From NCBI GenBank assembly GCA_046563655.1, contig CM102286.1:13640001-13704000 (forward strand): a DNA stretch of 64,000 nt, read 5' to 3'. The notes under the pieces are model-generated. The model was given only the letters and a program-made list of their open reading frames with translations. It was not told where the DNA came from and made no database searches. Position numbers and translations under genes: made by a program. Numbering within the stretch: position 1 is the stretch's first letter; the number at the start of each line of letters is the position of its first letter. Positions 1-12,000 of the stretch are shown here, piece by piece. Origin of the DNA: Yuukianura sp. NJ FZ-2021. Lineage: Eukaryota.

Positions 1-426
1 GAATTTTTTCTTTAGATTTTGATATGATTTATGATAGCCGTCAATAAGTTTCAGGCGGTAATTCCATAATGAACAGCAAATGAAAATGAAGGAAGAGTCA
101 GAAGGGGTCATGAATCATGTTGCGTGTTTGTAGCCTACTTAACCTAAAACCTAAACCTTTCTACTTGCAACTGTTGGAAACTTTTGTAAAGCTAGAGGCA
201 TGGCTATGTTATCCGCTTTAAGCCTAACAAAGAGTTACGAAGATCCAAAATGTCAGAAATTAGAAAGCATTGCATGAGAAACAAAGAGTTACTGGTGAAA
301 CATAATTTCATTAAAATTTGACAATGGACAAAAGCGGTGGGGTCAATTAAGAAAATTTTGAATGTTCCCAAAACATGAAATTTTGGTTGCATTTTCTATT
401 GTTTTCTTCTCTGTTTTTAATTTCAG

Positions 427-726
427 ATGCTCCAATATGCAAACAGGATCAACCCACGATTGTTGGCGTGTCAAAGGGCGAACGAGTGACAATTAAATGT
501 GAGGTGGAAGCGGATCCACCGGAAGTAAATTTCCGGTGGGACCTTGCCACGTCTGGACAAATGATCCAAGTTTCTCCTTCACGCTACTCGAGTCCCACCG
601 GTGGGTCCATGAGTCTGCTTCACTACGCTCCTGCCACCAACCTAGACTATGGTTCATTATTCTGTCGTGGAAGTAATGCTGTGGGAGCTCAGGTGGCGCC
701 GTGTGTGTTCCAAGTCGTGGCGGCCG
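427..726 (+). CDS. Gene A exon: membrane-proximal Ig domain
   Basis: tttcag|AT GCT CCA ATA TGC ... GCG GCC G|gtaagt. Encodes APICKQ...CEVEADPPEVNFRW...DYGSLFC...PCVFQVVAA. Confidence 0.93.
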
Positions 727-3700
727 GTAAGTTTCAAAATAGAAAGTGAAAGCAAACTTTCACCGAAATGCCGCTGGGTGGCGTCGAACCAGCGGCGGCA
801 GTCGGTAGCTAGCGTAACTTAATCCACAAGCCTACTTTCACTTTTAAGCGAAAGGTGGCAGTGGAAACAACTTTCTCTTTTTCCGGAATCTAACTTTCTC
901 CACCAAGCTTCAAAAAATTCGAAACCAATTTTTTCAAATTTGCTTAACTGGAAGTTTTGAAAACTTGCTTTAATCATTGTAAACAATTTTTGAAAATCAA
1001 AAAGTTGTTTTGAAATTAGAAAAAAAATCTAAAGTTCAAGAGTAAAAGTGAGAACATTATGATACATTTTTCATAATTTTTTTTAATATGTAGATTTTTT
1101 TGTAACTTTTTTTTTCATTTTTTATAAAGTTTTTTTTTAATTTGAGGTAAAAGTTACGTTAGTGAACCCAGGTTAGGTCTGTTTTAAATTTTTGCCAGAA
1201 GAAGTTTTGATACGGTAGATTTGAAAAATAAGTTGTTTGAATGAAAAATGAAAAGACGTTACTGTTTCCTCTCCTAGTGAAATAGTGAGTTTCATGCAGG
1301 AAGTCATGAAATTTCTAAACTCAATTTGGAAGCAATGAATCAAGTGAAAAAGGGAGAAAGTTAGTTGATAGGGCGGCCTGAGGCATCTGGTCCAAATGGA
1401 CCAAAGTCGGTTGCAGTACGGCCCACACCGTTTCTTGTACCCATGAGTCATTCCAAGTCCATATCTTAAGTGAGGTTATGTTAGATTCTGGAAGGAAGAG
1501 GAGAAAGTTGTTTGAAATTCAATGGGGTGCTTCTTAATGTGTAAATGTCTGTCTATAAATTGTGTTGTAAACCTTATTTTTTGTATTCTTCTCCAGAACG
1601 GCCGTCTCCAGTGTCTAACTGTAGCGTCTTTAATGAGACAAGTGAATCAGTGGAATTGAGTTGTGACGAAGGTCATGACGGAGGGCTCCAGCAGCACTTT
1701 GTTCTCGAAGTGTTTGAGACGAACTTCCCTGAGTTAAGATACAATGCCTCCAGCAAGTACCCCGCCTTTCATTTGGGCAATTTAACACCCAAAACGGGCT
1801 TTCGGATATTCGTCTACTCTGTCAATGCCAAAGGAAGGAGCGAACCATTTCACATTGACGACCTCATGCTCAGGCAGTCTGAAAAATTCGCAGGTTAGTT
1901 TAAAAAAAACACATTTATTTTTGCAAAAGTTATGTAAGGTTATGCTTAAGTTATGTAAGGCATAATATGTGAGGTCACGCACAACGCATAATGTTTATCC
2001 TAACATGCTGGCTATGCAGTTTTTGATTTCCTCGTTTTCGCATTTTGCCAGAAATAATTGACATTTTCAGATTTATTGCTCAACGGAAAACGCTAGAATC
2101 CGCCCATTCGTAAATTTGAAATTTCTCGTTTTTCCATTTTGCTCAAAGTGAAAGTCACACTAGCATTAGAGCATTACAAAGCGGCGTGTTTAGTAGTACC
2201 ATAAGCAGAGGCGGGAGTTTTTGAAGAAAAGAATTCGTGTGGAAAAGAAAGTAGTAAATCATTTTTCCAAAGTTTTCTGCATTACAAGTGCACAAATGGG
2301 AAACTCAAGAGAAAAGGAAATCTCACAGGCCCAGTTATAAACTGAAGAAAAATCATTAGGAACAAAATTTTTTGAACAGAGTCTAACTGCATGTAGGACC
2401 AAAGAATTTTTTTTAGGAAAGTCTTTCAGGACTAGACGAAGATTTTGAAAAAGTTCTAGTGAAGAAAGTTACTCGGAAATAGAAAGTAAAAAAGAAAATT
2501 GACTTAGATCATATGCATGAAACTTTTCTATTTTCATGGTTCGTAGCTGCCAAACTAAGGGGGAGGCCTCTAAACCTAACCTTAACTGATTCATAGAGTA
2601 AAATACCGTAAAACTTCTAATAATTGCCGGGCGCTTACCGAAAAAATTTAAATAGAACTCTGTTTACATGGCATCCTTCAAGTTTGTTTTAGAGAAGCCA
2701 AAATTTAATACAAGCCTCAGAGTCTATTCGGAGTTTTACGGTACTGTGCTCTGCATGTGTGTTGAAGAATAGAATGAGAATAGATGGGAATGAGTCCTTT
2801 TGGATGAAAGCAATTCCTTTCTTTCATTCTATTTTCTTCTGACTTCCAAAGATTTCTCACACACGAACAAAAAAAAAGAGGAAAGGAAGAAAATAAGTTC
2901 AATTCTAAATTCTAATACGCCCAAATGCAATTCCTTTGCTCCAAAGTCTAAAGCTTTACTTTCTTCTAAAAAAGTTCTAAAACTGAAATTCTATAACGCA
3001 AGACGCACAGAGCATAGTAGTTCTAAAACTTCTATTTCGTTTTTCTGTTTTCCTGAATTGAGTTACTCACTTTCATGATCCGACGCTGATGAGAAAACGA
3101 AAAAAACGCTCGTTTCTTTATGAGTCACACAAAGTTGATGCCTAAAAGTAGTCAAAGTCAAGACCAAATCGATTTTCCGAGTTTTTTTGTTAGGTTAGGA
3201 ATGTTAACATTTTTTTGAAATTTCAATTTTTGAATTTTTTCAGCAACTGTGTCACCTACAGACTACTCTTGGGTGTCTTTTGCCCTCTCGGTTGCTATTG
3301 GTGGAACAGCAGTTTTCCTCTGTTTAGCTTCAGTCGTCATTGTTCGAGCTCTTCATTTCCGTTCACGCCAATTTAAACGTGATTCAAAAAATAAGCATCA
3401 TGATGAAACTGGTAAAAACAGTCCCGGGAATATTTCAAATCACCATACTCACGTTAGTTCCGGCGGCAAAGATGGTGGAGACGACAAAGATCCGGATATC
3501 ATTCCATGCAACATTGGTTAGTTTTAAACTTTCAACATAAAAAACTAACAAACCGAAACTTTCTTTCTGTTTGAAAATTCAATTTAAACGGCTCCACAAG
3601 AACAAAAAAGAGAGACAGTGAAACTTGGAAAAGTTTTTGACTTTTTATTTTGGTACAAAAAGTGTCATCTTTTGTCCAAAATTGACTTTTTACAAAGAAA

Positions 3701-5010
3701 AGTCCTCCGCTTTCCCCAAAACTTCAAAGTTTCAAAATAATGCTAATCTTTTTCTAAAAATGGGCCTAAACTTTTCATAAAAAAACTAATAAAAGGAAAT
3801 GGTTCGTAGTTTTTCCTAGAATAATTGATAGTTTTATTTTCTTTTCTTTAGTTCTGGCTCACTTCCTGCTCCCTTGTCCAAAACTTTTTGAAAACTTTCG
3901 TTTTTTGAAAAAATTCAAGTTCCGGCTCAATAACTTGTGCAATGGAGTTCCTCTTCTCCCTTTCTTTTCAAACAAAAAAAAAGTTACAGAAATACTATGT
4001 CTCTCAATTGAGTCACATTTTAAGACTCAAGTTACATAGAACAAACTTTGTTTTAAGAACTACTTTGTGACAATGTGTCTCTCTGTCTGTCTGTCCAGGA
4101 CCGGAACTTTCTACAGATGAAATTGGCAGTATTGACATTTCTGGAAGTGGTCTAATGCCATTAGGCGATGACTCGTCCGGTTTTGGAACAATGCCACGAC
4201 CAGTAGGCGGAGGAGCACGATTTCATGCGGGTACAGTCATGAACTCTTGCTGTCCTCAACCAAATGTAAGTCCTTCGAACTTTGACTTTTTTGTTTTAAA
4301 AAATTAGAAGAGGGACTACGGTTGTTCTAAACCTTGAAGAATATTGGCAGCATTAGGTCCATTAGCCTTATTGATGTTGAACGACGCTCAAATGGCTGCT
4401 CCAAACTCTGCTCTTTAGACTTTAGAGTTCAAAGACATTAGATTCCCTTTTGCAAAATTAAGTTTCTTCTAAGGAAAAAAGAAAGCAATCATGCAGATTG
4501 CTTTCTCCATGCGTTCCCTTCTCGTTTTTTCAAATTTATCTTCCTGGATGACTCCAATTTTCAAAAAATCTTGTTTAGAACAAAAAAGATTTGCTCAGCT
4601 TCAGCTTAGATTTTGGATTTTTAGATTTTGAGCTGTCGTGATAATCGCTACTTTTTAACGCTTAAGTCAAAATTTGCCGTTTTTCGAAATTGTAAAATTT
4701 TGAAATTTTGCAGTTGACCTACTCGGTGGATCATCATCACCATTATCATCAGCAGCAGTACCATCATCAGTACACGGACCAAGATGTGCTGGGTGACTAC
4801 CATCGTTCAAATGCTTACATTGTGTCATCATCTCCGCAGCACATTCATGGATCTCAACAACAACAGCATCTGATCTACCCGCTCAAAGTTAACCTAAACG
4901 AAGTCGATCTGCAATCTAATCATCTCCAAAGACATTCTACTGATCCATACTACGACAAGAAAATGAAGGAAAAATTAATGTCGAGTAATGTACCAGAAAG
5001 TTGTGTGTAA
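427..5010 (+). CDS. Gene A (5'-partial): Sidestep-family/nephrin-like Ig-FN3 transmembrane protein; join(427..726,1597..1893,3244..3516,4099..4265,4714..5010)
   Basis: Five exons with AG/GT boundaries splice in frame (phases 1,1,1,0). They give last Ig domain - FN3 - TM - tail with DPDII and C-terminal PESCV*. Motifs 'LDYGSLFCRGSNAVGAQVAPCVFQVVAA' and 'CDEGHDGGLQQHFVLEV' are typical of the Side family. The specific paralogue cannot be assigned by eye. Confidence 0.92.
769..841 (-). pseudogene. tRNA-like remnant / tRNA-derived SINE head
   Basis: Minus strand has A-box-like TAGGCTTGTGG (834-824) and B box GGTTCGACGCC (790-780) 33 nt apart, followed by ACCCAGCGGCA. No intact cloverleaf or 5' acceptor stem. 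Confidence 0.45.
1597..1893 (+). CDS. Gene A exon: fibronectin type III domain
   Basis: ctccag|AA CGG CCG ... TTC GCA G|gttagt. Encodes RPSPVSNCSVFNETSESVELSCDEGHDGGLQQHF...YSVNAKGRSEP. Confidence 0.93.
3244..3516 (+). CDS. Gene A exon: transmembrane helix and juxtamembrane region
   Basis: tttcag|CA ACT GTG ... AAC ATT G|gttagt. Hydrophobic WVSFALSVAIGGTAVFLCLASVVIV, basic stop-transfer residues, then DKDPDIIP. Confidence 0.9.
4099..4265 (+). CDS. Gene A exon: cytoplasmic region (absent from the ORF track)
   Basis: ctgtccag|GA CCG GAA CTT ... CCA AAT|gtaagt. Open frame PELSTDEIG...GFGTMPRP...CCPQPN bridges phase 1 to phase 0 as required. Confidence 0.85.
4714..5010 (+). CDS. Gene A terminal exon: His/Gln-rich tail ending in PDZ-binding-type motif ESCV
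   Basis: ttttgcag|TTG ACC TAC ... CCA GAA AGT TGT GTG TAA. Confidence 0.9.
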   Translation: MTYSVDHHHHYHQQQYHHQYTDQDVLGDYHRSNAYIVSSSPQHIHGSQQQQHLIYPLKVNLNEVDLQSNHLQRHSTDPYYDKKMKEKLMSSNVPESCV

Positions 5011-5189
5011 ATCCAAAATTTAAAAGTCTTCAAATTTCTAAATCAACATTTTTTAATATCAATTCTAAGTTAAGTGTTAAATTATGCTTAAATTTAAGAA
5101 AATGTCCTCTTAGTTTTAGTTAAAATTACAAAAATTAATACTCGAAAAAATATTTATTTGTTACAGTGTACAACACAACGTTTTAAAGT

Positions 5190-5195
5190 AATAAA
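5190..5195 (+). promoter_or_regulatory. Candidate polyadenylation signal of gene A
   Basis: AATAAA about 180 nt after the stop; the hexamer is common in AT-rich DNA. Confidence 0.35.
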
Positions 5196-5978
5196 AAGTA
5201 GAGCATGCGCTCAGAAAAACAGTAAAGCACTAGTTATACAACAAAAGTTATAAACAAAAAGTTTCAAAATTTTATGGCAGTTTTCAAAAAAAAATTTGGA
5301 TTTCATTAATTTGTTTAGAGCTTCGCGCTTTGGTGGATTAGAAGTTTGAAAAATTTTATGCAGGTGAAAGTTTTTTAACGAAAAACAGAAAATCTGGCCA
5401 GAGAAAACGTGAACCCGCCCGCGATTTTTTCTATTTCCAAAAAACTTATTCAAATAGAGTTTAGTTTTTTTGGAAACTGCGTTGAAAACAACTTTGTTGG
5501 TTCAGGTCTGTGACAAACTAGAAAGTTTAAGGATCGGATTAAGTTTCCTTGTATTCAATTTGTATGCAAGGACTTCTTCACCTTGCCGCTCTGGCTGAAA
5601 ACTGGAGAAGGAAATCCAATGAAGTTGAAGGGAGGAAATTAAAACAAACTTTGAAGCAGCTCCTCTCCTACTTTCTCCTTCAAATTTCAAAGTTGTCAAC
5701 AGCAGTCAGCCAGTTTCTTCCTTCACTTACTTAGTTTAGACCCAGCAGATCAAATTTAGTTGAATCTCCAGTTCTAATCCACAACTTCTGCATGGCTCTA
5801 AACTTTCACCGCTTTCTCCGTTTACCTTTCCAGGTTAAATATGTTCTGCTAATACAGAAATTTACCAGTCGAGCGTGCAAAACGCTAAAGATCCAATCCA
5901 ACTAATTCTGGCAGATTCAACTCAGGACTAAACGACCCAATTTGAGGAGAAAGCAACAGAATCCGCTCACCTGAATGA

Positions 5979-6092
5979 ACAGTCTGCGACGATCGCTGTA
6001 GTACAGTCTGCGCCGATTCAGTTTGAACAGTCTGCGCCGATCACTGTACAAGAGTCTGTGCCGATCGTGTTTGAACAGTATGTGACGGTCGT
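5979..6092. repeat. 24-bp minisatellite, about 4.7 units
   Basis: Units acagtctgcgacgatcgctgtagt / acagtctgcgccgattcagtttga / acagtctgcgccgatcactgtaca / agagtctgtgccgatcgtgtttga / acagtatgtgacggtcgt. Confidence 0.9.
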
Positions 6093-9000
6093 ACTATAAG
6101 GCGAGCGCCGTAAGCTAGAAAATACAACGTAGCAAATCAGCCGTTTCTTTGGAATTTTCTATTTTTTTTCAGTTTTAGACGTTTTTGCCGCTTTTTCAGC
6201 GATTTGGCTAACCCGGATGGTTGAATGGCCTGAAGTTGTAGTTTTGGAGTAATGGAGGGCTTAACTAGTTGGAAGAACCAAAGCAGATTAGACACATAAC
6301 GGACTGTGTGGGAAGTGGAACTGTTCATAAGGGCCTCCAAATAAACCAAGTCACGTCCCCTTTTAACGATTTAGTTTTATCATGTTAGCCTAAGTCACCC
6401 AAAACTACTTCCTCCTTACTGGATTCATCACGATTCACCAAATCTCTTCCTCCTACTCCACTTTCTTCCTTTCTTAAATTTAAACTGCACGATTTGAAAG
6501 TGGGTGAAAGTTAGCCGCTTTCTCCATGGTTCTTTAATTGCTCAAAATTATTCTAAGCCACAATTCCTTATCCACAGTGTTTTGCTAAATAATTTGCAAT
6601 TTACTGCTTTTCAGTCTCCTAAGGCATTTTACACAGCATAACCTAAATTTCTGGAAGAAGCCTAACGTAACAACATAGGCTAAAAGCCTTTGCTTAATGG
6701 AGAACATAAAGTAAAAAAAGCGTAGTTTGGAGGAAACAAAGAAGTGAGTATTAAGTGCTAGATGGGTAAGAGCCCACTTTCTGGAGGAGTTAAAAGGACA
6801 TTAACTGTTCTTAATTTACAATGTGCAGTTTTCTCACGTTTAGCCCATTGAACTTTGACCTGAAAAATGGACCATTCATTTCTCTACTTAAGTTAAAAAG
6901 CTTATGGGGGGAAGCTGAAAAAGTTGCAATAAACACAGTTTCCCCTGGAGCGTACTTTTCATAAAGTTGGGCGAAAAGTAGTACATTTGCGAAGCCTTTA
7001 AAAGGAGGGAGTTTTATAGAACAAAAACAAACGAGTAAATCATCTAATTTCGACATATAAATTTACAGCGCCAAAAGCCAACAAAACTCTAATGAGTTTT
7101 CTCACTAAACAGTTTTCTATTTTTGCAAAGTTTTACTATTATTTGCCACAATTTTGGGTTTTCAAAATTATTACTTTGGAACTTTTTCATTTAGAAGTAT
7201 TTTGAAACATTTTAGGCACTGCAAATGGTTGCGGAACGTTTCGAGATATTATGTTTTGCAATAGTTTTGCCATTTTTTGAAACATTTTTATGAATTGTGC
7301 GTTTCGCAACATTTCCAGAAATTTGATTGTGCAATATTTCCCCAAATTTCATTTGTTGTGCAACATTTTCGGAAATTTTATTTGAATAACAATAAGTGGT
7401 TTGTTTGTTCAAACATTTGGAGTAAATCGGCGGTTTTGCTTTTTCCTGTATATTTTCTCGTGTTTTTCCACTCTGTATTGCCTCTTTTGTTTTATTGAAT
7501 CAGAGGTAGTGAATTACAAAAAGTTGTTTAAAGTACGTAAAGTGTGAAAATGTGTGTAAAAGTTGTAAGGGTGAAGTTGGTGTAACAAATGTTCTAGTTT
7601 TGGGAAGAAATAAGTTTTTGAGTACATGTGTAAATGGCATATTAAGAGACTCTTCTCACTTTCTCTTTTTACAAAATTGGCTTTTAGACAAAAGGACGTA
7701 ACGTAGGGGGACTTTAACACTCCCTTCCAACACTTAACTGTAACAAATCATACGGAGTGAAAGGAATGGGCGTAATTTTAGACTGTTCATCACTCTATTT
7801 TGACTCTGTCCAAGCTCCAACTCACTTTTTTCAAAAACCGAGGGAGGGAAAGTGTAAACGAACTGCCAAAACCAGGAATTGGAACCCTCATTTTTGACTT
7901 TTTTTGGCACGAGATCCAAAAAGAAAAAAAAAGTTTGAAGAAAATGACGTATAACAAACCGAGAGTCATGCGTCATCGTTTTCCCAAAAGTGAAATTTTC
8001 GCTACTTTTTTTTGCTTCTTTTTCAACAATTTCTTTCAACACCTCCGTTTCTAGTGTTTTATTTCTCTCCGCTCAGATTTCGCTATATTTTTATTCATTT
8101 TTGAGCCAAATCTCAGTTTCGAAATTTTGAAAATGTTGCCAAATTTATTCAAACGAAGCCTGATTTTTAGACTCGTGTCGTTGTCGAATTAATGACTTTG
8201 CCAAGACTAAGTTTAGGAGTCCCTTGGTTATATTTCAAAGATTGGAACTATGCAACGCGGGAAACGACGAAAAGTCCTTTCGTTTAGCAATTCAATGGAG
8301 TGCGCCCCTGGGGCCGATTCCGTGGCCGCCTATTCTCTACTCCAACTTCACGGAGCTACTCGCTAGTCAAGTAACAGTTTTTTCCATCCATAGATTTCGA
8401 ATCTGCCCAGAATTTGCCTAGGACTCGTTAAATCTTTTTTCTTGCTCAAACTTCGAAATACTTTATTGCAAAAAAGTTCCCGCTTTGTTCTACATTTCTT
8501 TTGAACAGAAAAATGGAACAAAGTTGTATTGATATTCGACAAAAGTAAATATGTGTCTCAACGGCTTCAAAGACAATTTCTATCTTTTCAAGATGAAAAC
8601 GGAAAAAGTCAACGACGTTTTCAAAAAAATGATGCAAACATAAGAATATGAAGCGATCCCATAAGTTTACACAGACCAATCAAATCAAAATACTCGATCC
8701 CTATGGTACAGTTGAACCATTTTCCGCATGTTCCATTTTGAATTCAAAAAATGTTATTTCCACTTCAACAAATTCTCAAATGTTCCCAGCAGTCTTCTCA
8801 ACTACTTTGTTTTCGCTTGCATAACCAAAACTAATACTAAACTTATTTTTAAAACAAACCGCTCTTGTCATATACCTGTCATCATTATTTTACGAAAAGT
8901 TTCAAATTTTTACCTTACTTTGTATAATTTCCTCAACAATGATCACACAAAATCAAAAAAGCCAAAATTCTATCTTTCACAAAGAGTACACCTCACAAAA

Positions 9001-12000
9001 ATACTAAAAATTGTGAAACTAAAAACTGGTTTGGCTTTAGATTTTTCTGTTGTCCAAGTTCGAAAGAAATTGAGAAGAGTTTTTTTTTTCTATTTTCAAA
9101 AATAGTTTGGTAAAAAACAGAAACTAAAAATGTTCAACTCTTGTTTTGTGTTTCATGTTATGTTTTGAAAACATAACTTTTGTGCAAGCGTGCACCGAAG
9201 ATCAGTTGAAAGGTTTATTAAACCCAAAACTACTTTCTACTGAGAGCAAATTAAGAAAAACCATAAAGCTAGTGAAGCATTTTCCAAAGAATTATGAGGT
9301 CCAAAAGGTGTGGCTTTAATATACTTGCACACACACGCTTTCGGTTTTACCGGAATTGAGAAAGTTTGTTATACGAAAGGAAAAGTTGATTTTGTTTTCA
9401 GTATCTACTAGAAACAAGTGTGGTGAAAGCGGAAGATGAAACTTTTGGAAAGTCATAACCCCAGTAGAGTTACTCAGATGGTTACGGTTGGTTACTTGAA
9501 CAGCAGCGGTGAGACATTAAGCCCATTTAGGTTTTTGGGAAAAGGTAATTTTGCAAATGAAATTGTACAGGGTATCTTTGATGAGATTTCCCCAACCTCA
9601 GAACCTAACTAACCTAACTTTAGCTTAGCCTAACTAACCTAACCGAAGTAAAGTGTTGGAAACTGTCGTTGGGGAGAAAGTCAACTTTCTTGTTCAGAAT
9701 CCGGGAAGTTTTGAATAGGTTGAGGAAGTGTCATGTTCTCAAAGGACTTTAAGGAACGAGATGTTTCATTAGAAGATGAAATGAGGAGGGAGTTCGACAT
9801 CTTTGATGAGATTAAAATGAAAGCTCTCCGTTAGGTTAGTAACCAAAATGTTAGGCTAAGGCCTCAACCTAACATTAGGCTAGGTGCTCTAAACTGACTT
9901 TCGGGTTTGAAGCGTTTCCTAAATGAGGCTCTACGCGGAGCGGAACTGAGCTTCTCCCAACTTTTTATTATAAATATTCAGTCAAGCGGAAGGTAAAGCT
10001 TTCAAGGCTTCCCTCTCTACCTTACTGTAACTACAAAGAAGTTGCTTTGAGCTTTCACTTTATTTTGACGCTTCAAATTTCAAATAAAGTACGAGCCAAA
10101 ACCAACCTTACACTTTTTCTGGTTGAAATTTTAAAAACTTAGGATTTCAATCTCCACATTTTATAATTTTCACACCCATTAGGTACACAATGAGTTGAAA
10201 TGGAGTGTAATCAAAATTATTTCAACTAAAAAAATTCTCCATTGTTCTACCGAATTCATTTGAAAGCTTTTTTGAAAAGTAAATTTGACTCATACCGAGC
10301 AATTACTTGGTAATTACTCATTTTGGTTTTTTTTTGTTCCAAAATTATTAAAACGTGTTTGAAATTTTCAAACGAAGAAAAAATTTGTTTTCTTTCAAAA
10401 ATTTTGAATAGATTTTTTTTCCATAAAAGTTAACAACGGTGAGGTCAAAGTCGTCATTGCACTTTCCTTTTGTATTTGGCGGGAACTTTTCACAATAAAA
10501 ATTTCGTAATAATACGGAGGAAGTTAGAAAATGCTGCACTAAGAATAGGCTTTAGGACTTTCTTCTTTCAACTTTTTCTGACCTACCATTATTAAAAGTT
10601 TGAAAAGAAAAAAGCGGGTTTTTTGAAATTTCTCCAACTGCACTTTTTGGGTTTTCAGAAGTTCCAAAGTTTTAACTTTGCCACCGCAGGAGAAAACTTC
10701 TTTGCATTCTTACGCACTTTCATTGTCTCTCCTTTCTTCTCGTGCCATATTAAATTTAATTTTGTTGCATAATATTTCACCACAGAAAAGCATAGGGTTC
10801 ACAGAAACTAAATCTGTTGAGTGTCACTAAATCTAAACTGATGATGAACTTTTGTGTTTAATGAACTTTTGAGTCATTTCTCTTAAAATTTATAATTTCC
10901 CGCCACAAAAGGTGTTGCTCAACCCAACACACAGCACCTTTTTCAAAAACAACTTTCTTCTGATTATGCAACTGTGGTGCATTGTACGGCGTAAAAACTC
11001 GATTGTGATCATTTTCTGTCTCCTGTCGCTTTCCAGAATCTCATTTTAGAAAATGAAACTATTAGTTTCGAGTAGTGGAGAAAAGTTTTTTTTGGAAGAA
11101 CAAAGGACTGGAGAAAGTAGTTTTTATAGAAAGTTATTAATGGTGATGGTAGTGGCCAATTTTAAAATTAGTTTCCTCAGAGGAAGCAGAAATTGTGGGG
11201 CCGGTCTGTTTCTCATGGTGGTTTCTGGTTTGAATTTTCCCTGGCACTTTCTAAAAAGAAAAAGTGAAAGCTTCCTTCTCCATTTCTTCACAAGTTTCCT
11301 CTGGTTTTGGCCAAAGTTATGTCGTATCCGACTCCGTGTCAGGGGTACAACATGACATCGGCAAAAACGGCAACAACAAAACCGTCAACACGAAAAGTTC
11401 AACTAATATAACACATGTAGACAAAAGGTGAAAACATTGAAGTACATACATCACCACTGCAAAGTTGGAAAAAGTAAAATCTACCGACATGAAAACAAAT
11501 CTAAGCAGAACCAGCGAAAAGACTTAATTTAGAATTGTATTCCTAAAACGTCAAAAAATATTGGTCCTGGAGTTGAAGATGGTATAGATATGCACGAGAG
11601 TTTTTCTTCTAATAGTTTTATAGTAGTTGTATTTCGACAGTTTTGTTTCGACACTTTTGTTGTCGACGGAAGTGTGGTGCAACACTGAGAGCCAAACTGT
11701 ACTATTGGGAAAGTTGCCATCTGCCTAAACTCAGCCTACTTCAAAAAATAATCTTTTACTTTTTTCTTCTTTAAATGTCTTATGGAGAAGCCAGGCACAA
11801 AACCATTTCAAAATACTTTATTTTTTTTACTCTTCTTTCATAACTTCATTAATTTTTCCTCTCTTTTTTGAATTTTTGAATTTCAACTGTCGTCTCGCTC
11901 ATGCCGAAGGCTTTCCAAGAAAAAAGTGAAGAAAGAAAAACTTTGTCATTTGAACACATTCGCTTCCTCGACTTTCCTTGCAAAGTCAAGAAAGTATGAA

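Noticed and set aside
5979..6092. Repeat-spacer-like look of the 24-bp array (CRISPR?)
   Set aside because: The variable part is only about 8 bp and alternates, no cas genes are present, and the context is eukaryotic. It is a minisatellite.
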